From positions 79,546,001 through 79,610,000 of the forward strand of contig OZ024740.1 in assembly GCA_964016885.1 (NCBI GenBank): a stretch of 64,000 bases of DNA, given 5' to 3'. The first letter of the stretch is position 1. The number at the start of each line of letters is the position of its first letter. The notes beneath the pieces were generated by a model. The model did not search any database, was not told where the DNA came from, and saw only the letters and a program-made list of their open reading frames with translations. The DNA comes from Eledone cirrhosa. Lineage: Eukaryota. The position numbers were made by a program, and so were the translations under genes. This document shows positions 1 through 13,524 of the stretch, piece after piece.

Positions 1-280
1 AATATACAGGATGGGTTTGGGGTCTCAATCATCATCATCCTCATCATCATTGTTTAACGTCCGTGTTCCACGCTTGCATGGGTTTGGACGGGGGTTTTCC
101 CACTTGAGGCAAGAGTGATTATCTTGCTCGCATAGGACTATCTGGCGGGTTTTCTACAGCTGGATGCCCATCCTAACACCAACCACATTTACAACAATAT
201 GTAAACTAAATGATTTTAAAAAATCAACAGGAACAAACTAGAAAAAGAACCGATTTTCCAACCCCCACCTATTATTTAGG
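1..280 (-). mobile_element. TA-flanked MITE family M, copy E (cut by window edge), carrying a retroposon insertion
   Basis: GATGGGTTTGGGGTCTCAAT...ATGTAAACTAAATGA...AAATCAACAG...CCGATTT...CTATTATTT matches copy D (42492-42895) once 30-198 is removed. Confidence 0.75.
30..194 (-). mobile_element. 5'-truncated (GAT)n-tailed retroposon (RTE 3' UTR or SINE tail)
   Basis: Reverse complement of ~1855-2010; (CAT)n at the left end; CAAT duplicated at 26-29 and 195-198. Confidence 0.8.
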
Positions 281-1349
281 AGGGGGGAGGGGTAAATTTT
301 CAAAAAAGTTAACTGTTCAATAGAAAAAAAAAATCGACTAAAATTATGAAGTTCTTTTTAAGTAGTTCCATCACTACTTTGACGCTATAAAATCGCGTGT
401 GGTTCTGGAAATGTTTAACCCTTTCATTTTCATATTTCTAATGAAAGACACTGCTGGTGTCTGGAACATAAAATTATGGTGGTAGGGTGAATTCAAATAT
501 ATACACTTTATGAATTCTTGCAATCACCATTTTTTATGTCCACTTTTTCATGCTGACAGGAATTGGGCAGGGATATCTTTTCCCTCTAAGACGAGAGCTA
601 ACCCTTATTTGCATTTCTATGTAAAGTTCTGATGAAACCACTGAGCTGCTAAACATTGTTTAGGCTGGACATAAACAAATACCACCATCAGTGCAAGCAG
701 TGTCAAATGCAAAATCATAGACACACAAACTACAAAACCATATATGGAGTTCTGGCATTGTTTACTGTATGTAGTAACCATGATAGTTGAGACTCCAGAA
801 TCTGATATCTATGAGTAGATATGAAAGTTTTAATAACTTATCTGTGAGAATCTTTGTTAATTCTAGCAAATACAAACCAATAAATCTTATGAAATTCAAT
901 TGTAAATCTGACATCAGAGATCATTCAAAGTGTTATACCTAAATCAGTCCACATAGTAGCAGTATTGTATGTAATATCATATCATATTGTATTGTCTGCT
1001 GACTTATAATGCTATGTTATATGATACACACTTTAAAGACTATTTCTGGTAGGGTTATATATCCAAACTGAAATTATTAAATTTGTAAGTGAGAAGAAAT
1101 ATAAATAAAACAAAAGCAATGTTATATTTCAAAGAATAAGTTTTGTGGAATGGCCATTAATACAAGACGATCGATAATAACTGACAAAATGATTTATTGA
1201 CCAACTTGTCTGCTGTAGCATCTCCCAATTCTCTTTCTACCAATTCATTTATATGTTTATATATTATACACATACACACACTGTTGGTTGGCCTTGGCTG
1301 GCAGTACAGAATTGCAGTCTCAAGTCACATCATATTACTGGTGGCTGTT

Positions 1350-2010
1350 AACTTCACAAGGGAAAAATTAGAAATAAGAGGGATTAGATGTTATTTACTC
1401 GAGAGAAGGCTACGTTGGTATGGTCACGTGATGCGCATGAAAGACGACAGCTGTATAAAAAAGTGCAGGGCAATAAAAATAGACGGTAGCCACGGAGTAG
1501 GCAGACCCAGAAAAACCTGGGACGACCTGATAAGTTCCGACCTCACACACTTACACCTCTCCAAGACAATGTCACTGGACTGAGATCTTTGGCGGTACTC
1601 AGTAATAGAGAAGACCCGCCTTACCTAAGTACAAAGTAAAACCTACTACAGTCAGTAGGCATCTCTAACAAAATACACCCCCGTCCCACCACCCCCACCC
1701 CATCCACACCGCCCCTTTCAATGTAAAGTTATGTTGGTGCCACAACATCCAGGCCGAAACAAATGAGGTCGTGTAGGTGTCACAACAAAAAAACACAGTC
1801 CACGCTGTAATGTGGCCGTGTAGGTAACATGGTAAAAACCTCCCAGTCCCACACTGTAAATGTGGTTGGTGTTAGGAAGGGCATCCAGCGGTAGAAAACA
1901 TGCCAGGTAGTCCTATGCGAGCAAGACAACCACTCTTGCCTCAAGTGGGAAAACTCCCGTCCAAACCCATGCAAGCGTGGAATATGGACGTTAAACGATG
2001 ATGATGATGA
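1350..2010 (+). mobile_element. 3' end of RTE-clade LINE with 3' UTR and (GAT)n tail
   Basis: Translation RRLRWYGHVMRM...GRPRKTW is the typical RTE C-terminus; reading continues past an in-frame TGA as DLWRYSVIEKTRLT*; ends in GATGATGAT. Confidence 0.8.
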
Positions 2011-4525
2011 TTCTGTGAGCTTTGTTGTTATTGTCTGTATGTTCAAACTTGAAGGCAGTGAATTGGCTGGGTCATTTGAACGTTGGTTATCCTGGCTGTG
2101 TACATTGAGTTTAAATCTCATTAAGGTCAACTTTGCTGTTCATCTTTACATGGTCAATAAAAGAAGTACCAGTCCAGTGCTGGAGTTGATTCTTTCTCCA
2201 TATCTCTTTCTTACCCCCACCCTCCTGCTTTTCCCCCCTTTCCTCTTCACTCAATGAAATCGACTATGTTCAGACCTGGAGAGGGGATGGGCTGTACTAG
2301 GTTTACTATATATTCAGGGTCAATATTTTGACGATTTTCTGCTTCAAATTCTATGTAAATAAGTTGCTAAAATATCTGGAGTGATAATCTCACAATGAAA
2401 CAGTTTTTCTACATTTACATCATCATTGGTTTTATTTATGCATTCCAACAGATTTTTATAATTTGAACTTTTTAATACATGAATATCCCATACATATAAG
2501 TGTGCGCGCGCACACACACACGTTTTTCTCTTACTTAATATTACTTTTTCTTTCAATCTCATGTGTGACTGAAATCTTCTGATTTTATTTCTCTCTCTCT
2601 CTCGTTCTCCCTCTCTCTCTCGTTCTCCCTCTCTCTCTCTCTCTCGTTCTCCCTCTCTCTCTTTCTCTCTCTCCCTCTCTCTCTCACTCCCTTTTCTACT
2701 CTATGAATCCCTATACAAAGTTCCCTTATTTGCTCACTTGCTTTCAAAGTACTCCTAGCATATGAGTGGCTAGAAGTAAATAAAAATTCAAGAAACTTGT
2801 GAAACCTAACATAATGGAAACTCATGTAATGGAGTTGTGAAACAAAAACTATATTTTAAACATCAAAATCTTAAAACTTCATAAATATATTTTATACTCA
2901 TGAGTATTTCAAAACCATGCCAACTAAACAGAGTGTGTTGATTAGCTGCCTTGGATAATAAATAGGGTTTGGATTTTTTTTACCATTTCTCAGATATAAA
3001 ATAGTGGGGTCAGCTTATATTTGAATATATACAGTAATTCAATTGAAACTATTTTTTCACAACTGTTTAGTTCATGTCTTTATAGTTATCACTGAATTGG
3101 TGTGATCCACTCATATGAAGGTACGTGGCTTAGTGGTTAGGTTCATGATCCTAACTTTGTGGATTCAAACTATAGACTGGGTATCACATCGAGGTCATAC
3201 TTCAAAGCACTTCATTTTTCATTACTCTAGTTCATTCAGCTGAAGACTAGTGCTATCAGTAGCACTTGGTTAACTCTGCAACAGTCCTTTGTTGTTGTTA
3301 TTGTTACACCTCACACCTATGTAGGTTTATCTTACGTCTGAGGTTACCTCTCATAGGGAAGTTTCTCAGGTGTTTTAATAAGTGGTCCAGTCTTGTCATG
3401 TAAAGCAATGTAAAATCATCTTGCTTAAGAATAACACAATGCTCAATCCAGGAATTGAACTCACAATGTTTTGACTGTGAGTCTAACACTCTAACCACAA
3501 ATGACTCACCATAGGAGACACTAAATATGAAGACATTAATGGTTTGTCAAAATTACCTTGGAACCCTTCCAATGATTGCTATTTTCATTTCTCTTCCTGT
3601 GCTCACTTTAAAATGTCGAGACACCTACTGGGTACATACATATGTTTGTGTGTGTCTTTAATATCATCCAATGGGTGTGTTTCTTGCAGAAAATATCTCT
3701 GTATCACATTGTTTTGGATAGTGGACATTTCAGCAGATGTATTTTAACACAAGTGTATGTGTATATATTTATATATATGTATATATGTATGCACATGTGT
3801 GTATATATATGTATGCACATATGTGTGTATATGTATATATATATATATGTGTATGTATATTTGTGTGTGTAAATGTCTACATAAATAATTGTATTTGAAT
3901 GTGTATATTTGTATGTATATGTATATATATATTTATATATATGTGTATGTATATTTGTGTGTAAATGTCTACATAAATAATTGTATTTGAATGTGTATAT
4001 TTGTATGTATATGTGTGTGTGTATATATGTGATATATACGTACATGTGTGTGTGTATATATTATGTATATGTGTTTGTGAGAGAAATTAGGTAGCCTCTT
4101 TTATTTTGAAAATTAGGTTTAACCTGGAACTATTTCATGGAACATAATGGGAGTGACTTATTGTCATGTTGTCTGAATGTGTGCTGGGGATAAGGGATGT
4201 AATGGGACAATTGCATAATAATTATAGTTGTAGACATGGTGATTAACAACTTAGAATGTCATCTGTTAGGTGGGGAACAGAACCTGGTGAATTCTCTCAG
4301 GAAGGTTAGTGGCATGTGTGTGTGTAGGGGGGTGCTTTTGTTAATGTTTTGCATTCTCTACTTTATTAGTGCAATTGTGGTTTAGCCCTGCATCAGTCTT
4401 CATCAACAGCTGCTCTCTAGTCTCCAGTCATCCTTCATTAAATATAGTCTCTAAATTGTGAGTCAGCCATGATCAAAGCTGTTCTAGCCATATACATATA
4501 TCTTATTCGGGTATAGTTTATTTAA

Positions 4526-4688
4526 CCCTTTAGAATTTAAACCGGCCAGAATTCTCTCATCTCTTTTTGTTCAAACCAGCCATAACTGGTCACTCATACT
4601 GACATTAAGGTATTGTTCTCAAAATAAATATCATCAAACTCTTGTGGATTCAATATGAATATATAATAGTAATATAAATGCTAGAGGG
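4526..4688 (+). mobile_element. piggyBac-like MITE
   Basis: TTAA|CCCTTTAG...CTAGAGGG|TTAA; related copies at 11204-11415 (inverted) and ~24520-24650. Confidence 0.7.
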
Positions 4689-6801
4689 TTAATATTACAT
4701 TATTCAATGTGTTTTTCATATTTTGTTGTCAGTAAGATGTGATTTGAGGGATCACATAGCTTTCCTTTGTTGGCTGGAAACTGGTGAGGTTGTGGTTAAT
4801 ATTTAGTATAAATATTTGTAGATCAGTGTGGGCAGGGATGGAATTCTGTCAGTGCTGTCATGGGGGAAAAAAGATTGGGATTGCAGGTAAAAAATAAGGG
4901 TGAGCCTGGGTAGAGAGTTTGTATTGAGCTGGTTTAGAAGTGCAGGGGTTGCTGTAATTAGCAGAAGAAACACAAAAGTGCATTGCCTGTCAACCTTATG
5001 AGGTCGATAAAGCACCAGTAATGCACTAGGATTGATTTAAATGACTTTCCCCACCCCCCAAATTTGTTGGCCTTGAACCTAAATCAGAAATCATTATATT
5101 GATGGCTGAATCAGTGATTTCTATGATCAGCATCTACAAAACGTCCAATTAATGTGTTAGCGGCTGAGTATTCCACTAACACAATTACCCTTTGTAATTT
5201 TCAAGCTAAATCAGCATGAGACCATGGCTTTTTTAATTACAAGTACGGCCTATCCAATGGGCTTCCAAACAGTTTCTATCTACCCTATTTTACTGAGTCT
5301 ATGGTTAAAATACTTGCCCAAGATTCCCCACAATGAGATTGAACCCATAACCTTATGATTGTGAAGCAAACTTCTTAACCACTCAGCTGTGCAAATATCC
5401 ACATTTTGCATGGTCATAAATTCCTGAAAATTTTTTTTTTCTTTTTCACATGAAAATTTGTGGTTAAATTTCTTTTGTTTACTCTCGTATATACTTATAT
5501 ATAAGCCAAGAAATATGTGATAAACAAATTGATGTGTCCAGTATTTTATCAGTTTTCACCAACTTCAAAATTCTATGTAAATGAGGTGCTAAAATATTTT
5601 TGCTTTAGAATAATACATCGCTTTTGCTTTCAATGTTAAATTCGCATTTCCTGTTGTTTGATATTTTGATTAAATGTAGCCCTTTAAAATGGTTGGAAAT
5701 TGGTAAAAAAATCAATATGTAATGAAATTGTGAAATAAAAAAAACTATATTCGAACAACACTTTAAACGTTTTAAATATCAAAATACTAAAACTTCAAAA
5801 ATATATTCTCCACTCATGAGAATTTCGATAAAATAAAATAACAGTAATGCACTGGGATAATTGCTGGCCTTGTGCCAAAAGTAGAAACAATTAAGATAGT
5901 AACTTAAAATGTGGTTCTCAAGTAAAAATTATATTGAAAGATTTAAATTTAATTAGGAACCCTTTAAAATGGGTTGCTTCCTTCCATCGAACCAGAGCTG
6001 GTTTGGGTTGGATTGGTATCAAAAAGGTTAATTCATGAGTTAGATATTTAGCTGAATGCTTATCATTGAAATCAGCAGAAATATCCATCATTTCTCACCC
6101 AAAGAAAACATAGCTTGTATAACTCTTGTTTTCACGTTTGTTAAGCTGGTTCCTCATTACTGTATATTTTCCACTATATTTAATGTAACAAAACAAATAT
6201 TTCCTTTGTACTGTGTCAGTCTGACCTTTTTTTAATTTTATAAAGTCCTCAGCTAAGTGAGACTGTTGAACAAACAAGTTCAGTGTGTTGACAGAATTAA
6301 TGTATGTACAGTTTGTACATGCAGATAAGGGTTTAATTACAGATTTTTATTGATTAGGAGAACAATTTCAAGGTCTTCCGGTTAGCAGAAAACAATGTTT
6401 TGTTTTTATTCTGTTGAACTTTGAAGAGGATGTGGATAGTGAGAAGTTTTGTTACTATGACAATAAGCTTTGACCCAGAGAAATATGTTATTGTGTGTGT
6501 GTATATAGAGAGAAATGTGTGTCAGTATTTTCACATTCGTTTCTCCATGCTTGCATGGGTTGGGCTGAGATTTTTTAAAGCATCTTTGTTACATCTGAAT
6601 GCTTTTCCTAATGTCAAAGAATATACCACTGTCATGACGACTAACATGCACGCACGCACACAAAATGAGCTTCCTTAAAGTTTCTATCAGCCAAACTCAT
6701 TTGCAAGACATCAGTTGGCTTGATGCTATCGTAGAAAATACTTAGTGTCATACATTGAGACTGAATCTGAAACTAATTGGTTCTGGAGCAAACTTTTTAA
6801 T

Positions 6802-6835
<34 letters not shown>

Positions 6836-6959
6836 CAGGGTGCGGACGATATTTGTTCGCAAGATTACTGTCTAGGAAAAAATAACACAGAAGTTTTATT
6901 TTTTAAGATATATTTATCAAACTTGGGTCAGTTTGTCTTCATGACTTGTTCTTTCGATC

Positions 6960-7593
6960 TCAGTCGATAAACCCGCCATTGGCTTTGATGACGGCCTCAA
7001 GGCCGCCTCGGAACCGGCTACAGGCCTTCGTCACTGTCCCCCGACTTAGGCCCTAAAGGCACTTGTGATCCTGGCCTTCAGATCGTCTTTAATATTGCAG
7101 CTATATCTGTTAGTGTCTTGTTCCACTGCGCCCCACACGAAGAAGTTGAGGGGGTTGCAGTCAGGGGAGCTGGGAGGCCAGATGTCAGGTGAAGTGTGGT
7201 CGACGAAGTTCTCTGACAGCCAGGCTTGGGTCTTTCGGCTGGTATGGCAGGGCGCTGAGTCTTGCTGCCACACGTACGGCCTACCTGCAGCTACCTGGTC
7301 GATCCAGGGCTTTATACCTCGCTCAGAACGCGGATGTAGCCATCGGTGTTCAGCTTGAGGCCCTCGGGTAAGAAGTGAAGTGGCATGACGTCACCTTGAC
7401 TGCTGACGAAACCTAAGACCAATGTTGTCGCTGGAAACTTTTTCTGCATGACTCTGGGCACGTCTTGGGATGAGACAGCTAGCCACCTGTTGTTCTGGGA
7501 GTTGATCTTCTGATACTTATTTGTCCTCCCGGCGCGGATTCCAAGAAGAACTCCGTGTCTCATCCACAAATTTGGAGGTTCAAAATTATTCAT
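6960..7593 (-). pseudogene. maT (DD37D) transposase remnant
   Basis: WQQDSAPCH...WPPSSPDCNPLN: 37 residues between the second D and the third position (D>N here); C-terminus ACSRFRGGLEAVIKANGGFID*. Frameshifts, and a deletion between GRTNKY and QKINSQNNRW that removes the HTH and first catalytic D. Confidence 0.85.
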
Positions 7594-7595
7594 AA

Positions 7596-9787
7596 CACTG
7601 GTCTGCGATGTTTTCAAGGTCTAACATATAATACATGATTTTAGGCCAGTTTTTTGCACTGAATCCAAAAATCATGCTCATTTTACTCAATCAGATCAGG
7701 TTAATGAAATATTAGCACATTAAAAATATCCTAAATTCCGATCTATTTGTAGGTGAATAAAACGCAATATTGAAAATATTAGACTGATTTATTCACAGAA
7801 GGCTTACAAAATATTTTGAATAGATAGCAAGAAGAGTATAATGAACTAAGGAAGCTACTCATGGATGAATGGTCTCTTCAGGGACTTTGCGTTTGTGCTG
7901 AGCAGACTGCGCATCCCTCTTTAGGTACCAGCAGTAGTCGGCCCAGAAACTTGACATCCCATCGGCCTTGATAGCGTTCCTCCATAACACTGATATCTTG
8001 GTGAAAGCGCTCACCATGTTCTTCCCTGAAGTCTCCACAATTCTCTGGAAAATAGTCCAGATGAGACCGGAGGAAGTGCATTTTCAGTGACACGCGCGCA
8101 CCAAGTTGGCGGAAATTCTCCATTAACTCATCAACCACCTTCTGATACTGGGAACTTCTGTGGTTGCCAAGGAAGTTTGCAATGACTGACTTAAGGGACA
8201 ACCAGGCAGAGAGTTCAGCAGGATTCAGTGCATCATCAAAACTAGTATCCTTGATGAGTTCCCTTATTTGAGGACCATCAAATATACCTGCCTTAATTTT
8301 CTCCATGCTTTTTCGTTGAAACTTCTGATGGAGGAAAGCAAATCCTCCACCTTCCCTGTCCAATGCCTTTACAAAGTTCTTCATGAGACCGAGTTTGATG
8401 TGGAGGGTTGGAAGCAATATCTTGCTCGGTTCAACCAGAGGGTGGGACAAAACGTTGTGTGATCCAGGTTTTAATCCTTGTCTTAATGGCCACTCTTGTC
8501 TGACATAATGCTGGTCATTAGCACGGCTATCCCATAAGCACAGAAAGCATGGATACTTTGTGTAACCACCTTGAAGTCCTAGGATGAGTCCAACAACTTT
8601 AAGATCTCCACAGATCAACCATTTATGTTTCTGGTAGTTCAGAGCAGACAACAGACGTTCCATGCTTTTGTGAGATTCTTTCATTTCAACTGAGTGCCCA
8701 ACAGGGATCGATGAAAACTTGTTTCCGATATTCAGAAGAACTGCTTTGAGACTTCTGTTAGATGAGTCAATGAAAAATCTCCATTCCATAGCATCATACT
8801 TCAGACCAAGTAATTCAAGCAGGTCAGCAATATTGCTACAGTAGACCAGTGAAGATGCTTCATCAAACATGAAGAGTTTTCTAAATTCTCTCTCGCGGTC
8901 CCGATACCAATAGAATGTTGTTCCTGGCACCAGTAGACGTTTCTCTCGAAGACGAGAACCCAGTAGCTGGGCAGACTCCTTCGAAAGGTTCAGGTCTCGT
9001 GTCAGGTCATTGAGTTCGGCTTGGGTCAAAGGCACCGGTTGGTCGTCCTCTTCTGACCTGTATTCATCACACTTAGCTGTATCAATCATGTCACTAGATT
9101 CGGAATCAGAACTAGATTCCATGGTGACATTTGGCTCAGGAACAGGAAGATCGGGGCTATGGGGGACTGGCTTTATGGCAGAAGGAACATCAGGGTATTG
9201 AACATGGTGCTTGTTCTTGCGATTGATGCCTTTTAGATTTGTCATGCAAAAGTAGCAGTCGGTAACGTGATCTTTCCCTTCCCTCCACACCATTGGGACA
9301 CCAAATGGCATACTCTTCCTTTTCTTGTTCCTCCAATCCCGTAAGTTCTCTACACATATTTTGCAGCAGATATGGGGAGCGAATAGCTTATCCTAGTCCC
9401 CTAGATTGACTCCAAAGTAAGCGTGATATGCCTTCTTCACGAAATCCGTGATTTTTGCCTGACGGTCTGGAAGAACCACATGTCCGCAGATGTAACAGAA
9501 CCTATTAGGATGGTTTTTACACTTCCGATCCATTTTTCTAGACCTGAAAAGAGAAATAATAATTATTAAAGGTTACCCACGACTCGGTTTTGCAAAAGCA
9601 AAGCCCATAAACGCTTGGATTGCGATATTTTAGAAAAATATGCTGGAAAAGAAATAGACTATATCTTAGAAACCAGACCTGACCCAGAAAAATAAACTGT
9701 ATTTTTGAATTCTGCATGCAAAAAGGGTCCTAAATCATTTGGAAAACCCTTGACCTTTTTAAAAAAGTTTTGAAACGCAGACCAGTG
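7596..9787 (-). mobile_element. Chapaev3-type (CMC superfamily) DNA transposon, full length 2192 bp
   Basis: 12-bp TIR CACTGGTCTGCG with CAC...GTG termini, 3-bp TSD TAA (7593-7595, 9788-9790), subterminal inverted similarity ~7636-7673 and ~9703-9740. Confidence 0.88.
7878..9533 (-). pseudogene. Chapaev3 transposase, nearly intact
   Basis: Start ATG 9533 (MDRKCKNHPNRFCYICG...); one premature TAG at 9395-9393 in the GD(Q)DK motif; then the 477-aa ORF with DCYFC, FIDSS, ICGDLKV, CFLCLWDSR, LHIKLG and EHGERFHQ motifs. A 1-bp frameshift near 7942 hides the LADYCW terminus. Acceptor-like TTTCTCTTTTCAG lies just upstream of the ATG. Confidence 0.88.
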
Positions 9788-9925
9788 TAATCAATTATTC
9801 TGAAAATATATAATGGAAATATAGTCACTGTTTTTATGAAGACAAGAGTGACAACGGAAGTAAAAAAAATTTGCATAAAATTAGCAGTTGAAAATTGCGA
9901 ACAAATATCATCCTCACTCTGTATA

Positions 9926-10075
9926 TGAAGGGCATCCAGCCATAGAAACCTAGACAGAAATAGTTCTGTATGAGCAAGACACGGTCACCTGTCCCAATTT
10001 GCCTCAAATGGGACAACCCATCTAACCCATCTAACCCATGCTCGCATGGAAAATAGATTTTAAACGATGATTATG
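9926..10075 (+). mobile_element. (GAT)n-tailed retroposon 3' fragment
   Basis: GAAGGGCATCCAGCC...AACCCATGCTCGCATGGAAAA...AAACGATGAT, same family as 1855-2010; other copies at ~23670-23890, ~26480-26620 and ~31330-31500 on the minus strand. Confidence 0.7.
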
Positions 10076-10567
10076 ATATTATATGTTGGCTTGTAAGCCA
10101 TGGAGAAGACAGCCCATCTAAGAGGGCAGTGACTCTGAATGTAGGCAACTAAAAACTGATACAGGATAGAGAGGACACTTCAGTCTGGTAAAACAACCTC
10201 CTAGTGCTGATGGTTTGAATAATGCACCTAGTCCATGCTGTGAAGTGGTTGGAAGGACATCGAGCCAGTAAAACCCTGCCAAATCTAGCCATCATATTCA
10301 ATATTCATCCAACCCATGTATTTGTCCAGACAAAGACCAGTAAGGTTAACTTTTGCTGATAAGAATTTTAGGTCTTGAAGTATTATGAAGAAACGGGATT
10401 TTTAAAGCTGTTTCAAATAAGCTCTCATAGTTTTTTTAAATGAACGTTTAATTTTCTCTCTAGTCAGGGTGGGAAGATTAGTGCCTATGTCCCTTTTCAG
10501 GGTCTCTAAGACTGATGGGGGCAGGGAGAGTGGAAGATATTTTAAAACTGAAACTTGGCCTAAATTA

Positions 10568-10727
10568 CCGTATTTCCCGGTGCCAAAGACGCTTGTCCTC
10601 GAGGATGCACCCTAATTTTGACAACCAAAAGTTTGAAAAAAAATAATAAACAACCTTCGGCCTCCAGGATGGTAAATTTTTTTAGACTTAGGAAAAAAAG
10701 TAGCGTCTTCGATGCCAGGAAATACGG
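10568..10727. mobile_element. Tc2/pogo-like MITE, 160 bp
   Basis: TA|CCGTATTTCCCGGTGCCAAAGACGC ... GCGTCTTCGATGCCAGGAAATACGG|TA. Confidence 0.8.
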
Positions 10728-10939
10728 TACTTGCAACAGTAGATATTGTTAAAGGCACCTTGTGATGTTAAACTGGGCAACAGATTAACTCTACCACACA
10801 ACTATATGGGAAATCCATTTGGTAGACCACCTTACATTTTCTATGGCTTTTTCGACTGAAGCTGATTTAATGATATTGTGATTTTGCAATAGTTGGAATA
10901 ATGCTGTGTGACTGTAATGTTTGATTTTGTCTGCAGTAT

Positions 10940-11200
10940 TTTGGTGATGCTGTATGCACAAGCAATTTGCAGTGTGTCTAGGCTACATGTATAAAGTGCA
11001 GTGTTTACAGGCAATTTACAGTATATATGTTACATATATGAACAGGGTTGATGCTGTATGTGCAGGCAATTTGCAATGCAACTGTGCTGCATGTATAAAT
11101 GGTTGATGTGTTTGCAAGCATATCTGCAGTGTATCTGAGCTGCATATATAAATAGGGTTGGTGCTTTTGGTACAGATAATTTACAACATATCTCACTATT
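10940..11200. repeat. Old degenerate ~50-55 bp tandem repeat
   Basis: Recurring GATGCTGTATG...GCAATTTGCA...CATGTATAAA, about five copies, fading beyond the MITE at 11204. Confidence 0.5.
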
Positions 11201-11203
11201 TAA

Positions 11204-11415
11204 CCCTTTAACATTTACATTACTCTATATTTATTATTGTAGTTTCATGGTAAAGGCTTTATCTTATATAATCATCTCAAATAATACCGAATTTGAGATC
11301 TGAGAATTTTGAGAACGATACCGTAACGTCAATATAAGCAGCCAGTTATGGCCGATTTGAACAGAAAGAGGTGAGAGAATTCTGGCCAGATACAGCCAGT
11401 TTAAATGCTAATGGG
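11204..11415 (-). mobile_element. piggyBac-like MITE
   Basis: TTAA|CCCTTTA...TAATGGG|TTAA; right part is the reverse complement of the start of 4526-4688. Confidence 0.7.
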
Positions 11416-12068
11416 TTAAATGGGATTTGCAGCATGTCTGCGGTGTAGGCATGTGTATCATACTGCTTGTGCCGTTGTGCACACATCAGTATGTCTAGTG
11501 TACTAGTGTTGCCAAGTATATAAAGGTAGACATGTTGCTTGTTCTTGATGTTGTGCACTTGTAGCTTTGTCTGTAGTATACTGATGGTGTCATACACATA
11601 TAGGTAGGTCTGTAGTATTCTGGTGGCACCCATATACGTATGCATTTATCTGTATTTTGCCAGTGGGGTTGTGCACATAAGAGTGGATCTGTTGCTTTGG
11701 TGCTGTGCACATATTATTGGTTTGGTCTGTAGCATGCTGGTGGTAGCCTACACAAAAGGGAGCTTCTCTGTCACACAGGCAGATATATCAGTTGTATGTC
11801 GCATCAGTATTAGGCGATTGACTTCAATTGACACATGTACGTATTTCACTGATGTATTGATTTCCCCACCTTCCATTCAACATAGATGAAATTATTTTTA
11901 TGTCATTATTTTTCAATAGCAATTATTGATTTCTCTTGACAACCACAATGTCTTTCGAGAAAAGTGGTTTTTAAAATACTATTCACTTATTTCAGTTTTG
12001 GTCTTTTTGTTTTTTTAATTTTTGTTGTGAAAATAAACAACAAAAATAGCTAACAATGCTTTTCACCA

Positions 12069-12104
<36 letters not shown>

Positions 12105-12743
12105 CGCGTGCTAGAATGTAATTTCCAACTAGGTTATGTTAATAGTTTCTACTTGATACAAGCTGCTGAACATTAGCTTTTCAATTTTATTTATTCTGAT
12201 ACCATACATTCAACCACTGTTGTCATCTCTTTGTTTTCAAATCATTATATGAAACTAAAGTAATGGCTGCATTTGTGTATTTATTACAGGTGTTCTGTGA
12301 TTGTTTCTAACTTGATTATCAAGTTAGAAAATACTATAGCAAAGTTTTTAGTGAACTGACAGACATCTTTAATCTCGGCAAAGTCAAGACAAATCTCTCT
12401 CATGCTTGCTGTCATAAAATGCACACTGTAAAGTTGTTGGTGAGGCACCCAGCTACAGAAACAATGTCAAAAATGAAACCTACAGGTGAAATTGATCCTG
12501 TGACCCATCTAGAATGACAGTAACTCCAAATAAAAACTTAGACCTTAGCAATCCAACCAAGCAGGTATAAAATGACAGTGATGAGAATAATAGGCTATAA
12601 TTATTAGTGTATGGTGTGTCTCACTTGAAAGAGATTTTGCAGCTACTTCTAGTAATTCAAGAAAACTCACTAAGTGTCCAAATGAAGTAATAAGCACAAT
12701 TTTCAATCTATCTTTACCAAGAATCTTTTCATATACTACTTAG

Positions 12744-13404
12744 CTTGATGCTACCCTCTATTTCCCACTAACACATCACTTGATGCTACCCTCTATTTCC
12801 TACTAACACATCACTTGATCCTACCCTCTATTTCCCACTAACACATCACTTGATGCTACCCTCTATTTCCCACTAACACATCACTTGATGCTACCCTCTA
12901 TTTCCTACTAACACATCACTTGATGCAACCCTCTATTTCCTACTAACACATCACTTGATGCTACCCTCTATTTCCCACTAACACATCACTTGATCCTACC
13001 CTCTATTTCCCACTAACACATCACTTGATCCTACCCTCTATTTCCCACTAACACATCACTTGATCCTACCCTCTATTTCCCACTAACACATCACTTGATG
13101 CTACCCTCTATTTCCTACTAACACATCACTTGATGCTACCCTCTATTTCCCACTAACACATCACTTGATGCTACCCTCTATTTCCCACTAACACATCACT
13201 TGATGCTACCCTCTATTTCCCACTAACACATCACTTGATGCTACCCTCTATTTCCCACTAACACATCACTTGATGCTACCCTCTATTTCCTACTAACACA
13301 TCACTTGATGCTACCCTCTATTTCCTAACACATCACTTGATGCTACCCTCTATTTCCTACTAACACATCACTTGATGCTACCCTCTATTTCCTACTAACA
13401 CATC
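12744..13404. repeat. 35-bp minisatellite, about 19 copies
   Basis: Unit CTTGATGCTACCCTCTATTTCCYACTAACACATCA, very homogeneous. Confidence 0.95.
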
Positions 13405-13524
13405 CCACAAAGGAGCTTTAATGTGGATACTTGACCTGTTAGAACTAGCAACCAAATCTCTCTGCATTGAAGACCCAACTGTCTTAGAAAAGAACACATT
13501 AATTAGAAAATGTAATCCTATATA

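Larger units (their letters stand above)
6836..9921 (-). mobile_element. Tc1/mariner DD37D (maT) transposon, internally deleted, interrupted by a nested Chapaev3 element
   Basis: TIRs CAGGGTGCGGACGATATTTGTTCGCAA and TTGCGAACAAATATCATCCTCACTCTG with TA on both sides; about 890 bp without the nested element. Confidence 0.9.

Noticed and set aside
7878-9311. 477-aa host gene or domesticated transposase
   Set aside because: Enclosed by TIRs and a TSD, with an upstream nonsense codon and a C-terminal frameshift.
12744-13404. CRISPR-like array (also considered for 18645-19339 and 31490-32480)
   Set aside because: Units are head-to-tail with no unique spacers, no cas genes, and the context is eukaryotic.
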